Counted from the first letter of the whole stretch, positions 39,827 through 57,834 are shown. The stretch: DNA of 63,642 nucleotides, filler included, from Collodictyon triciliatum (GCA_043381765.1; 6 parts of 5 records of this genome joined end to end with filler, not necessarily neighbours in it); one strand, 5' to 3'. Numbers and translations: made by a program. The notes: a model not told the origin generated them from the letters alone.

Positions 39827-42461
39827 CTAAACTGAGCGCTGCAGATGTATTCGCAGATGGAGCCTGAGTTCAAAGATGTAATCGGAGTATCTATCGCGAG
39901 CTTTAATGAGCTTCTTGTCCCCTTCCTCAGTATTTCCTTGCAACACTAGCATACTACCGCACTCATAAATAGCATGAGGTACAATCCAAGTTTCATCCTT
40001 GATATGTTTGTCCATTTTTTCGACTTCATTGAAGCATTCCTGGGCCGCAGTGATTTGATTCAACCCCTTGAGCGCCGCTCCTTTGAGTAACAAGCACAAG
40101 GCTTCCTGAGTAACGTTGGAATTACCACTTGATTTTCTTACAGCTGAAAGTGAATCTTCTATATCTAGCAGCGCTCTTTGGATTTTTTCAGCTGTCATCT
40201 GACTAAATCCATTCCAGAGATAAGCCATCTCGAGTTGTGGCAAAAACAGTGTGTTTGAGCCGTTTCGGACATACAACTGTGCTTTTTTCAAGACAAACTA
40301 TAAATATTTATCATCTAATTAGTTTTAATAAATAAATAAAATAGTCAAAAATCGAATGTTAATCATATGTATAGTATATGATGGTAGTGGTCATTCAAAA
40401 ATATTCCAATAAAATTGGTTGGTGATATGGGCTTAGAATAATTGACTTGTTCAACAGTGATTGTTCGGCCTCCATAAGTTCGGGTTACAAGAGACGGGAT
40501 AGTAGAAAGGAGGTAGTTGGCACGTTCGTGCTTTCTTTTGATTTCATGAATTGATAGACCTTCATCACACCCGGAATCAAGTAAACCTACAGCCACCATA
40601 TATGTATAGAATGCCTTCGACCATTCATTTTCATCCATTAGTTTTTCAAAATACGGTAGGGACTTATTCCATTCCATGTTAAAAATATGGCTCCACCCAA
40701 CGTCATAGTAACAAACATGTTTTAGTTGGAGGAACTGGTTCTGTGCATCGATTGCTCGTTGAAAAGCTTGGATGGACTCGTTGATCTCTCTTTTCATACG
40801 CGCCAGTCTCCCAGAAATCATAAGATGTACAGCCGACGAAGGGTACTTTGTCAACTCCTCGTGCAATATGCGTTCAGCCTCCTTTACATGGAATTCAATT
40901 CTTGGAGAGGAAAAGAAGGATGGGTATATAACATGGTAGAATAACAACGACAATCCTGCTAGAGGGGACCTTGCACCATCTTGCGAAAGGGACTTGTTCA
41001 ATTCATCAAGCCCAACCATTCGATCTCCTGGGTATCCGAAAGCAGATACAATCCGCAGTATCTATTTTTGAAAATTTTGATTGTCTCATACATTTCCTAG
41101 ATTTGTAACTACACACCAAACTGGCTTGAAATCAGTATGAGTTATCCGAGATTTTTTTGGTAGAGAAAGTTAAACACCCCTAAATATGAATACCTTATTG
41201 GGTAGCATCGATATGACCATGTTTACGTTGCCGACTCTGCGTGCAAAATATTTTTCACTCAAGAATTGTTTTCAGATTTTGCTAGATTGCATTATTCTAA
41301 AACATAGTGGTAATAGAAATATGTAATAATTGCGGCTTAATCTATATGAAAAACCCAAAATGAATTCCACTCCGTGTATCAGGAGATATTTCATATTCTT
41401 TTCTTTTTTCGACTTCAGATATTATCTAATAACAAGAAAAAAACTTCAAATCAGTAACCGAATATATAACTTTAAGCCAGCAACTATTTGTACTGAAAAT
41501 ATAACATAAAATTTATGTATTCATTGGAACATAATTACAAAGTACCAAATAACCACCTGATGACACTGCTCATAGTAGGACCATCCTTTCCGAAGCCCGA
41601 GACCGGCTTTTACATAACTGACGATACTTTCTTGAAATAATAACAATGCAGAGCGAAGGAGATAGCTTTCAGCAAGAGCCAATGTATAGTCCAACTCCTT
41701 GCTTGACATTGTGACCTTACTGACAGCAGACGAAAACAGTCTTCCAAAGTATTGCGCAACGCCCTCTGTTTTTTTTTCCAGAAGACTTTCACAAAGAAGT
41801 TGAGCTGCTTCCATACGATTTGATGCCTCCAAGAAATCGTCCTCACCGAAAGTCATCAGGGCTTTCTGTGTATGTTGAGTCGTAGTGCATGGCAATTAAT
41901 GAAGTAAATCAACATTCCAACTGCAACATGTATATATTTTAGTCACTTTTGTTAAAGCGATGAAAAGATAAAGATCTTAGCACCGCTTGCACAATACACG
42001 ATTGCATTCTAAAATAGACACAATCAAAGCCAATCAGAATTTGAAGGGTGTTTTCCAACAGAAATAATAATAATAATCAATTTTCGTTGGTGCATATAAC
42101 AACATAACATTTTCATGTTAGAGGCCGGCTATACCAAAAATCCCATGGATCCAAAACAAATGGCGTGAAGAGGATCCGACTTTGCAAAGGCCGAGAATGT
42201 CTCCTCCGCATCCTGGAACTGATTAGAAAGAAAGAGCTGGATTCCGCGCATCACGTTGCCATGTAACATCTCTTGTCCGACACCCTCCGGAATCTGCTCA
42301 GCAGAAAACCCGGCTCGTGATCGCTCCTCCTTCTCGACGGCTTCTTGCATGGCTGCCTCTACCTGTGTCTTTGCCTCTGCGCCAAACAGCCCATCACCGC
42401 GCTCACGGGTAAAATCCTCGGGCGCATCTTCGTAGTCGCTCCCTGAATCAGACTCGCTCAT
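39827..42461 (-). CDS. TTC39: TTC39/IML2-family TPR protein, about 6 exons
   Basis: GIQLFLSNQF, KALMTF, SYVKAGLGLRKGW, FG|VGNVNMVISMLP, FGYPGDRMVGL, ENEWSKAFYTY, YIFELRLHLRIH. Confidence 0.9.
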
Positions 42462-43075
42462 CTTCTTCGTGTGTAAAGTCCCTGCAGCAAGAGTTGTGAG
42501 TCTGGTCAGTCGAAAGCTCAGCGCAGGCATGGACAAAAGAAAAAAGCCGAGAGGATAAAACGTCAAAGGCCAGCGACGCTTCCTGATTTGAAAGACGAAT
42601 CTGGAATAAAGGGCACAGCCGCTTCTCCCAAAATCTGTGCTCTTTAGAGGTCGCTTCTGAGAAGGAAAGGGGAGCAGGAGGACTGTCCTTGGCTTTCCTG
42701 TGCAATCGTTGGCGAGAATCTGCCTTCCGTGTTGGAGCGGAGACATGAGTCTGAAGGTGATTGTTTAATACAGGTATCAGAGCTATGGAGATCAGGCTCG
42801 TGGGAGCAGGAATTGCCGACAGAAAAGGGATTTAATGGCGAGACACAAGGTCGGGTGGTTGGGCTTCAAAAGAAGGGAGAAGAGTGCTTGATTGTCCAGG
42901 CGTGGTGGGTTCCTTGCTGCCACCAGAAGGCTTTCATAAAGTTCGTGTGGCTATGGACGGTCGAGCTAGCGACTGGTGTGTGGAGACAGAGAGCTGGGAT
43001 GTATATCTTCGTCACGTGTCTCTTTGCGCTGGTAACAGCAAGCAAACACCAAAGACAGGACGCTTCACAAGCCTA

Positions 43076-43132
43076 TTAACGACGACCAACAGGGGCTCCG
43101 CGACCTAGAGGATCGTGTGTTTTATTGTTATG

Positions 43133-43225
<93 letters not shown>

Positions 43226-43883
43226 TAAAAAGGCAAGTATACATTGTGAATGGTGGGCATTAACCTCATTGTGAAAGGGACGTAAAATACATATTGAAGG
43301 AAATAATTCATACCTCTGGGAGCTCCACGACCTCCGCGGATCGAACCCTTTGCGAGCAGACCTTTGCCGCGCGCTGGGCCTTTGGTGCCGATGCTCTTGA
43401 ACATAGGAGCGTTTCGCAACATGTCTGGAATGATCACGAAGCGGACCTTGCTTCCTCTCAGGAAAACCTGGGTGTTTCAAAAGTAGTGGGAAGAGGGATA
43501 CGAGTGCAAATAGAGTTCAGACAGGACTTGAAATGGGCCCGCAGGCACAGGACTCTCCAACCTCGTTAGGTAAGAGGGGGAGTGAGAGAGAAAGAGAAAG
43601 GCAAGGACAGGAGTCGTAAAGGAGAAGAGACAAACAGGCCAGAGACGACAAGGGTGAGGAGAAAATAAGGGAAAGACTCTTAGCTGCTAGGGTGCCTCAG
43701 AACCTGCTCAAGTTTTGTGACGCGTCCCTCACGCGATGTGACGGTCACGTCGACCAGCTGCAGATTCATGTTATCCTCACTGTCGTGGAGCTTTCCTCGG
43801 TAAGTCTCGCCGGACATGAGCTCCACCGTGACGATGTGGCCGTTGGCCTCGTGCAGTACCTTGACCGGGATTCCGACGCTCAT
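43076..43883 (-). CDS. SNRPD3: Small nuclear ribonucleoprotein Sm D3
   Basis: [55 protein letters not shown], then an RG-rich tail. Exons 43883-43704, 43467-43314, 43104-43076. Confidence 0.97.
43134..43224 (+). repeat. (TTA)n intronic microsatellite
   Basis: Directly visible. Confidence 0.95.
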
Positions 43884-44567
43884 ACTTGGGCTTCTGGGTC
43901 GATGATTAAGATGCGGTTACGCGGTCGAGTAAGGTCGCTTAGGGATGCCGCTCAGTGAAGCATCGCGTTTGTTGTGGCTCTTGGACCTCTAATGTGGTTT
44001 CAGGTTCAGAAAGGAGAAAAAGACTTTAGGTGCTATCGATACCACATTTATTGTATTTGGAAGGTATTCGTTATATGAGGGCATTATCTTCACATTTGTA
44101 TCTTAAACATTGGCTGTGTCGTCGTGCGCTACCCACTCACCCGAGTTTTTTCCCCTTGTCTTTCTTTATTCGATTGAAGAGGTTTTCTCATGGAGAGATC
44201 AAACGTTGCCTAAACCACATAATAGCTTTATCAACACGGAGAGCTGATATGGGTCATAATTATGCACTTAATTTGCTAAAAGATTTGAAATCACAAGGAT
44301 AACTCTATCTTGGTTATTTTGGTAGATGTTGCTGAAAGAAGCGCTTCATATGGTCAACTCAATCAGATGGCTGTTTTCTAGGATTTTGTAAAATATATTT
44401 AGCCATAAAAATCGCACAAGGCAGCGAGTAGGTGTTTAAAATAACATGACTCAATTATTTTTAGATTGCTTTTTGTATATGCAAGCGAGCTGTGACATAC
44501 CGTTTGGGCGCTTGACGTGGCAATACTTTCCCAAGAATAATGTATGTGAGATGGCAAGCGCAGCTAG

Positions 44568-44680
44568 TTTTTGTTTTTCTTTGTTTTTCTTTGTTTTTCT
44601 TTGTTTTTCTTTGTTTTTCTTTGTTTTTCTTTGTTTTTCTTTGTTTTTCTTTGTTTTTCTTTGTTTTTCTTTGTTTTTTG
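44568..44680 (+). repeat. (TTGTTTTTCT)n tandem repeat
   Basis: Directly visible. Confidence 0.95.
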
Positions 44681-45331
44681 TTATTTAGGAGGAAGTTGTG
44701 AAACTTACTTTACATTGAACGGACACCCAAGGTTAGCCGTTCGAACATTTCAAAAAAGTTAAATCTTTTCCATCAATATCGATGCTCTGGTTCTGGTGAT
44801 ATCTTATTATCTTTGGTGATTGGTGTGATTCTCGATAACATAAGAACCGATTCATGAGTTTTAGCATTCAGACCAACTCGCTCAAACACCCCGAAATTGA
44901 GGGAGGATTAGAATTTGTTAAACGTAGGAAACTTATATATATCTTTATTTTAATTTTAAAACAAAGTTGAGTGAGCTTTAGCGACTTACATCTCTGCTAT
45001 GTTAATTTTTGAACATTATAATTAGATTCCGTATTAGATATAATTCAATGAAATCAGCTAATGTGGAAAATCCCAAGAACAAACCGATCGCACGAGCAAA
45101 TCAGCCAGACGAGGCGGTCGCTTCCGCTAAACAGTACACATAACAATTCACATAAGCAGATGATCGAGAGGCACGAACAAAGTAGAAGCGAGCTAACAGC
45201 CATTCAAACAGGCGACACCAGTAGATGCAACTCCTCCACGACTCACCCTTATTTTTTTTTTTAACTTTTCTTAAATGAATTCATAAGTCAGGGGTTTCTT
45301 CTGATCTTCCGAGTTCACAGGTCGCGAAAAA

Positions 45332-46600
45332 ATGGGAGCCACCACATCTGATCTTGCCCCAAGTGAAGTGGCCCGCTATGAACGAGAGACCAACTGTTTG
45401 CATTTCGATTCTCTTGTTCTCATAATAGCCATGACCTTAATTTTCCCTCAGTCTCTTTTAATTATTTATACCGTGTGTACTTGCCTTTGGCTGATAACTG
45501 GCCACCGATTTCAAGACTGAAGCTATCAGCCGAATATGACTTGAAACGAAGCGTGCTTCATGACCGAAAATACCCACTTTTTTATTATTATATTACTGCA
45601 TTTTAACTCCACGCGTACGCAATAGTTTCTACCTCCGAGATTCATCGCCTCTACCAACGCTTCCAGCGCCTCTCCAAGGGGGATAGCAAGAAGCTGACCA
45701 TGGATGACTTTCTATCTATTCCTGAACTCTCGATGAATCCTTTGGTAATTTTAAGAATTGAAAAGTAACTCTTGCTCATTTATTCAAGCCCATTTAAAAT
45801 CGTTTCTGGATTTCACTTCTGCAAACCCATCACGTCAAAAAAAAAAAAAACGCAAAGATGAGAGAAATCAACCCGCATATACCATGTATTTTTGTATTCT
45901 TATTTTGATAAAAGATAGGATAAACTCTTTATAATGTTTAATTCACACCATGAACATCAGGCTGTTCGCGTTATTATGAAGTTCTCTGACAACAAAGATG
46001 GAGAAGTTGACTTTGAGCACTTCATCAAGACTCTCTCCACATTCAGCATTAAAGCTAGCAAGCAAGACAAGTTGAGATTTGCTTTTGATGTGTTCGATGA
46101 GAAGGGTGACGGCTACATCGACCGCGAGGAACTGATTCTAATCCTCCGACTCATGGTCAAGTATGTAATTAATACCATCTATCTATCCTCAACATGACCT
46201 ACCCCACTGTATCTCCTAGTTGACGACACTACTCGCACAGATGAATCAAAATTTATCATACATTCTTCCCAGAACCAACCTCAAGGATGACCAGATCAGA
46301 AAGATTGTGGACACAACCATATCAGAGGCAGACACGGATCACGACGGAAAGATCTCATTTGAAGAGTTTTTGGCTGTAACACATCTCCTTTTTTTTTTAC
46401 AAATTGATTGATTCCTCTGTATTTCACTGTGTTGATTGCCCATACAACATCAAGAGAACCTCTCCACTGAAACACAGTAAAAACGCCTACCTTTTTTTTT
46501 ATCTTAACCTTCATGCACATATGACAATCATGTTAAATCCACGTCATGGCAGGTTGTCGAGTCGACTGTGTTGGACTCAAAGCTTTCCCTGCGCTTCTAA
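45332..46600 (+). CDS. CNB1: Calcineurin B-like EF-hand protein
   Basis: MGATTS myristoylation-type start; [68 protein letters not shown]. Exons 45332-45395, 45626-45744, 45961-46160, 46273-46375, 46553-46600. Confidence 0.9.
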
Positions 46601-47028
46601 GTGCCCGCAAACAATCGCAGCGCCCACATCCGAATCACTCGCGCCAACCCGCTGAGGTTCTCTATAAACTTTCCGGGCATAAAAGCTGGAAGTGGTAAAC
46701 TTGCTACACCTAAAAAAAAAAAAGTAACCTGGTCTCCTCGCCTTGTCGCTGCCCCTTATTGCACTCCAATCCACCATGTGCAGGGAAGTTGATACAAAAT
46801 CAGACTGATCGCAAGCTAAAAGGCTGTTGTGATGCGAAATTAACCAACAATATTATAATTTCCAGATGAAGAAAACGGTTTATGTATTAGGCATGAGCTA
46901 CCAGCAAGTACACATCTGCTCCATCAATCAGCCACCTTTCAACACACGCGGGCAGCACAGATGAAAGCTGGAGAAGGAGACAAACAGCACAGAGAACTCA
47001 CCCGCAGACTCGACCTCAACGCAGACAC

Positions 47029-50471
<3,443 letters not shown>

Positions 50472-51038
50472 GACTTCTTATTTTCTTTTCTCCTAATCCG
50501 GTCGAGTGGCACATTCTTTCATTAAATCCTTTGTGCTATTATACTCTTCTATCCACAAAATATGATATTATTCTGTTTTAATCTACCACATCCGCATTTC
50601 CAATCTGTAATATTTTCTGAAACCCAAAGCAAGCAGAATAAATAGTATGCGCTCATTAATGTGGTTCTTGTGGGAGCCATCAGCACATCCTTTTCGGGAG
50701 AACTAAACGCTCTGATATTTTCCCCCAGCTTCTCTTGCTTTTTCCTCTCCTCTCAAAACCGCCAAAAAAGCAAAACAAAACAATCTGCCCTGTCATACCA
50801 TAACTGGTCGAAGCGGTTACTTCTGCTGTGGCCCTCTATCCTTTGCTATGGGTCGACTCTTGCCACCGTGACTACTTCTTCGTCAGTAAAGACCATATAT
50901 TTATCTCCTAGTGTAACTGCGTTCTCTTGTCTTCTCTTGAATAGCCTTATTATCTCACCCTTTTTTCTCTCTCGAATTATTCCCCAAAGGAAAGAAGGTG
51001 AGAAGGAAAGGAAAGAAGGAAAGAGGAAAAAGGATAGT

Positions 51039-53703
51039 AATGAACCCGGAGTCAGCTACCACCTTTCTAGAGTTTGGCGATCATCCCTCTCCTTTTGTAA
51101 CACTCCCAAATCAAATATCCTACGAGCCTCCAGCCAATAACGAATTGAACGACTGTGCAAAAGAACAAAGACTTCATATGGGCGACTGCGATAATAAAGT
51201 CGTCGCTAGCTCGTCAAAAAGTCATACAGTGACCCAAAAAAGTCCGCAGCACATCCCCGCCGACGATAAATCCAAGCCCGTAGTTGAGAGGGGTGAGGAT
51301 GCTGCAGATAACAGGATTCATGATGCCAAATGGAGAGGATACTTTTTGCTTGCAGATACAGACTTTGTGCAGGTTTTGGACTGGCATGATACCATCGGCC
51401 AGAGACTAATGGGACGTTCATTTATGAGGTGGCTCAACAGATGGTATTACCGCAGAATCAGTGTTATCTTACATTTTGTATACGTAATTTCCCTAGTATG
51501 GGGGACATATTTCATCACGTTGCCTGCAGAAACAGAGGCGCCGCTGGTTTTGCAGACTTTTATGGTTTTAACAATAATACATCAGGTACTGACAATTTGC
51601 CTAGTGAATGTTAAAATTGCTCATCGATGCATCCAAAACTTTGAAGTTATATATCTTAGCGTGTCAGTTGCTCTGGAAATATCGTTTCTGTGGGATTTAA
51701 GTTATCCATCGAGAATATTTCATTTATTCGCACCTACTGTAATAATCACGGGTATCATAGCTCCAATTACTGATGCATTGCCTCGGAGCAGAAAAGCCTA
51801 TGTTCAATTAGTGAACCATCTTCTTCAAAAAAGAAATGAAGTAGACAGAGATGGACAGACTAAATCCATCGCACCAAAGGACGAATCGAACAAAAAATCT
51901 GCTGAAACACACATCGTATATATCACTAATCTTAAATCTGATTTTATCCAACTGCAACTAGCTTTACATGCTTTAATTTACCACACCAGCCAGTTTTTCA
52001 AAGCATCATCTCCAAAAACATGGCTAAATTTTTTTCGGCTATTTCATGGGATATCTTGTCTAGATAAGTTAGTCTCATACATGGTTTCTTTCATGTTGCA
52101 TGCTATGATGTTATATGTCGTTTTAGTGAATAAGGGAGACAGATTTAGAGAATCTGATTACCGTGTAGTTTGGTTTGCATGGTCAAACAAAGACATCTTT
52201 TGCGCCTCATGTCTTAATGTTACATTATTCACTCTGCGAAGACTTTGCGCCATCATATTACATCCTTTAGAAATATCTTGTTTTTCAAAAAAATATTACA
52301 AAATCCCATTGGTATCTGAATGGAGTGACCGTCCGTCCGATGGATTAAAGGAAAGTTTTGAGCTTTTTCATCCACTTCCGTCGATGACGAAATTGCGATT
52401 TTTACCTCCAAAAAGTGTGCCCATGGAAATGAAACATGAGCTGACTAACTACTTGACATCTGAAATTCGAAAGCACAGGGACATTACAGAGATATACCCA
52501 GGTTACAAATGCGCGTTTTTTTTATTTGTTACCTGATCAATGTATAAATTTGCTTTCATTCTTAAACTTGTATATAATAACACAACTGTATTTTTTAATA
52601 GATGAAACGCTGAATCGAAATTTGCCTGATTTATCAAGAAATAATTATCAAAATCCTGTCGCTGCGAGTATTATGTTTCATGGGACATTAATCAATATCC
52701 GAGACAGTTTTATCTGCCGACTGCTTGGGCGGCGAATTGGAAATACTTTTTCAATATTCTACTATCGTAACGTTAAGTATAGCCTTACTGGTTGGTGTAT
52801 ATCAAGTGTGGTTTTTTAGTTAGTTTTACTCACCAAAGAAACAAAATTTTGCTGATATTTTCGATTATTCTTAGTATAATTGGATTGTTTCACCAAGTTG
52901 GATATTTTCTTTTACTATCACACGATGCTGTTATCATATCTCTTCGAAAGTTTGAAATAGCTTTCCTCCTAGCCAACTCTTGTATTTTTTTGTCCATGGT
53001 TTTGGTCTACATGACAGAATCTCCAGGGTCTATGTTGATAGGTGTACTTATGGTTTGGTTTACCATTTTAAACGGGGTTTTTGTTGATGCTGGCGTTGTA
53101 TCTTTCTCTATGTTTTCCCGTCATCTTCTTCGCTTCAAACGCTTGATTAAAGAGAATCCAGAATCTGACTATCATCAAAATTCCAAACTTGGATTGCAAA
53201 AAGTATGCAGAATGGTCAATATATTCTTCTTGAAATGTGCTCTAAAACAAAGAGATGAAGAAGAGGTATCTCCGGTCATGGAGAGGTATTTTCAATCCAG
53301 GAACTCTAACCGCTCATCTTCCGATATGCAAATGGATACACCAGTCAAGCAAGCGCATCGATATCCAGAAGGCTGGTATCTTACCAAATTGATACATACC
53401 TGGGACTTTATTGGAATCGTAATTGGGGTGTTTTACCTTTTGACGTTTTATACTTTGATAAACTTAAATCAGCTGCATGCAAAAAGTGGCGAAAACATTC
53501 CAGTTCTTGCTGGCCGGGTTTCACCACTTTTTGTCATTAAATCATCCCTCACTAATATTATTGTCTTTTTTGCAAAATGTCGTATTGAAGCAATCTTAAA
53601 TCCATGTCGCTCGGCGACAATATCGCGTCCGGTGTTCTATGTCGGAGATTTGGAAACTGCAAAACGCTTGATACCTGAGCTCGGCTTGGACTGTAATTGT
53701 TGA
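51039..53703 (+). CDS. Unknown multi-pass membrane protein with two internally homologous halves; apparent 1-nt frameshift near 52815
   Basis: Hydrophobic ORFs 51039-52501 and 52602-53703 joined by an intron; the halves share RLxGR..YYR, HQV, FE(V/I)xxL, DA and AILxP motifs. Confidence 0.7.
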
Positions 53704-54728
53704 CCTGGTATTGAGGAATGAAAGGTATCTCAGTGTCTTTGATATACTGAGAAATAAAACCAAATCAGCGAGGAATCGCTAAAACAGCTTCGATGTGTGT
53801 ATGATATGATAGATTAACTGATTTCAAACTTATTAATCTATCAAATAAGCTAGAGACTAAAAAAAAATCTGAGAATGATATCGCTTTTATTCAATAAGCT
53901 CGTATAAGGCGAAACGAGAGTTTATCGTGTTGTTTTTTAAACAATTTGGTTGGGCGTAGGTTGGAGTTGATTTTGGTTCTGTGAATACGAAGGATTATAT
54001 TACTAAATCGATGCAATAATGTACCAAGCTTGCTTTCAGTTTCCTTTTCTTATACTGTATATTTGAGATACTAACGAGGTTTAAGAAATGTTTCAGGTAT
54101 CGATGTTTATTCGCAGTTTCTCTCGAGTGTGTGCAAATAAATGATTTCTACAACGTGCAAACAGGGGAAAAAAGTCTTCAGACATAGTCAATGCAGAGTG
54201 CTGTAGAAAACATACACATATAATCACCGATAGCAATACAAGACTCTTAAATTGCAAGAAGAAAAGCAATCAGAGCAAAACATATGTGGCCAAAGTAAAT
54301 GGAGGATTTTTTTTTTTAAAAAAAATGTGAGGAACCCAAAATACAAAAAAAAGAAAAAAAAAACAGACACGATTCTTTTGCATTCTCGTGCTTGCAACTT
54401 CTGAAGGATGGTTGCAGTAGCTTTCAAGCACCAGAATTGAAGTCAAAAGAGTCAAATGCCAAATAGATTAATTAACTTCAGCTAAAAAACAATAAAAAGA
54501 TTGGTAGTTCATTCGTTATGAATAAATAAATCGGTATAGAACATATTTTGTAGGTAATTATTTTAATAATCATTCTTTGTCCCCATGTGTTTTTCCATTC
54601 AACATAATTTCCTTGGATCAATCCTCCATGGTTGTATGAAAATTAATTTTTCTGTATTAACTCTTCATGATGATTTCACCAAAACGATTTATTCCAATGA
54701 ATGAATGGAAAGAATATGAATGCGTAGT

Positions 54729-55409
54729 TCATTCGAGCTTCGGAGACTCTATTAAATCATCGTTGTATATGAAAGGTAAAACAGAGCTTGAATCACACTT
54801 AGGATGTTTAGAAAGCTCCACCGCTCCTTCCATTACCGGCTTCGATACGTTTGGTTTCATCTTCACAAAATACATTTGTATATCAGATACGTTAGTTAAG
54901 ATAAATATGGAGTATTAAGATGTACGATTGTACGTTAGTATGAAACTGAAATGTTTATAACAATAAGAAAAATACATATCTTGAATAATATGGAATATAA
55001 AAAAAATAGTGTTATTAGTTTAGGATTATAATTATACAATATGAATAGAAAAAGGGTCGCTGTCAAGAAGTGATGTGATTCTCTGATTGAATTGTTGCTG
55101 GACCACAGGCAAAGGAAGGTCGTTGTGGTCATAGCCGAAGGGTTGCTCGAGCTGTCCGGCAACCTAAATGTGAAGCATATTTATTCATTCGAATTCATTT
55201 TCTTTTGGGCACAAATATTATGAAATCAGGAGTTTTTTGAATACATCAAGCATTAGGGGAAGAATTATTTTTTATTAAAAAAAAAAACCTCATTCAAAGA
55301 AAAGTAGCACAGAACCATTGAAAAATTGAAAACAACTACCTAGAAATTATTCAGTGGGGTGTTATATTTATGTAAGTGATGTGACGTTTTTTTTCCATCT
55401 CCTTTATCA

Positions 55410-55504
<95 letters not shown>

Positions 55505-55804
55505 ATNNNNNNNNNNNNNNNNNNNNNNNNNNNNNNNNNNNNNNNNNNNNNNNNNNNNNNNNNNNNNNNNNNNNNNNNNNNNNNNNNNNNNNNNNNNNNN
55601 NNNNNNNNNNNNNNNNNNNNNNNNNNNNNNNNNNNNNNNNNNNNNNNNNNNNNNNNNNNNNNNNNNNNNNNNNNNNNNNNNNNNNNNNNNNNNNNNNNNN
55701 NNNNNNNNNNNNNNNNNNNNNNNNNNNNNNNNNNNNNNNNNNNNNNNNNNNNNNNNNNNNNNNNNNNNNNNNNNNNNNNNNNNNNNNNNTTTTTTTTTTA
55801 TTTT

Positions 55805-55840
<36 letters not shown>

Positions 55841-56580
55841 TTTTTTTTTTTTTTTTGTATTGCATACCTTGTGGCAACAGAAGGCGGAACATTGGAACCC
55901 AAAGCCTTTAGCCTGCGGGTTATGGTTCTAGCCAACAAAAACAAATCATGAATAATAAATGAACTTATATTGAATATACACTAATATATCATATAATATT
56001 CCTCTTTTCGTGACTGCCATTGAAGTTCAGAAAAATAAGAACAAGATTAGTAGAGACCAATAAAATGAAGTTTATTGCAGTGGTGATGTAATTTATACAG
56101 TAGCCTATGGTTTGTTTGTTTTTTGTTGTTGTTTTTAGAAAGAAAGAAAAAAGAGATGCTCTTTCTATGTCCTCACTTTAGTAACCAGGTATAAACTCGA
56201 TATGTGGGGTCCTCATGGACATATCCCATTTCATCATCCATATGTTCCCCAATCAGTGCGCACTCAATCTGAAGGAAAGATATACATGGTGATTTATTCA
56301 CGATAGTTTGCGGTAGAAAAAATGAAGCAATGTGGTTTAATCTTTAAGATATTCATTTAGGTCATTTCGGTGTTACTTCAGAGATTCCCCCAAGGACCGG
56401 AAGGATGTAAACAAACTCAGCCAGTTCATTCAGAGGGAGTATCACTTGGTCCTCGGGGAGAGCAAAATCTATTTTCTCAATCTGGAGCTCTTTTAAAGTA
56501 GGCTATTTTGTTAGAAAATGAAAATTAACAAGGTTCCTTTTGCTATTCAAACACACTGGAACTATACTTTCCCCCCCCCC

Positions 56581-56612
<32 letters not shown>

Positions 56613-57834
56613 TATTTTTNNNNNNNNNNCCCCCCCCCCCCCCTCTTTATTCGATTCAAAGGGATTGAATCCATACTTATCATATTTATATTATGTAATT
56701 ACCAAATATTTGACGTGATTTTGGGAAGTCATACCATAAACATCGACGTCTCTGGTTTTTGTTTATTCAATCGCTTTATTGTATTCGACTCATTAACAAA
56801 GGAAGCCATGGGTTGCACTTTTTTTGTTACTCTTTCAGATGATTTTGATTCCTCCATCATATATTTTGTAATACTAAATGAGCTTCCTTGTTTTGTATGA
56901 AATGTCTTTGCAGCCCTTCTTATGTCCACTTTTTTCAAATGTTTCGGTACTATTGTTTTACGAAGTGACATTTGCACTTGTGAGTAATTTGCGTTTGTAT
57001 TTGAAAAAAAAATCACGTGAAACATGTGTGAGTATTAGAATAATTTTGCATTTAAATTTCACATATCCATGATTGCAATTAAAACGCGCACATATGTATT
57101 TAAATTTCAAAAAAAAATACCATCAATATTTTTCAAATAGCATGTGTTCTTCATTTTTACCAATTTTGCGACTTAGAGTTTGCAAAGCGACGGACATCAG
57201 AAGACTTGACTGATGGATAACCGTATGTGAGAATATCTTAGATTGCTCGTTTTCTGAATTGCAGTCTTCACAAGTCAAAGCCTGGATGAAATGAAAAGAA
57301 TGTGAACATAAATCGTAAACTGATCCCTAGGACATGCATTTGATAGATTAAAATTTTAAGTTAAAGAAATATAATGGGGCGTTTTTTAACTTTTCTTCTT
57401 TGATTTAGACTTTATATATGTAGCTTTGAACCAAATATTATGTTTATCTTGCAAACGGTACAAATATTATAATTAATCGTACCAAAGCAATCGCTTCACT
57501 CCACGAACTAAAAATTTGAAATAATCTCGCACTGATTCGTTTGTATAATTCAAGATTTAGAAATGTCTTCAGTCTCAATTATATACTCGATTTTTTATCA
57601 CCTTAGTAAGATATTAATTACATAACAATTTCCTTCAGATAATAAAAAAAATTAGAAAGAAATTACCTCCCATCGCTGAAGCGTGTGTATGATAGGTTGG
57701 TTCTGAAAACAAGTAGAACACTCACAAATCCTGTAAAAATCTACACAGACGATTGTGAACCATAATCGTTTTATCTTTAAATTATGTGATGACAATATGA
57801 CTTACAAGGTGCTGAAAAAATAATGATTGCGGTC
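54729..57834 (-). CDS. Bestrophin-family (YneE/VCCN-like) anion channel, many small exons, 5'-truncated and gapped
   Basis: Spliced LLVFRTNLSYTRFSDG (57740-57667) and VLCYFSLNE|VAGQLEQPFGYDHNDLPL (55339-55289, then from 55163) match the FRTNxxYxR and LExPFGxDxNDLPL signatures. Confidence 0.82.
55507..55789. other. Assembly gap flanked by (AAAT)n and poly-T
   Basis: Run of N. Confidence 0.99.
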
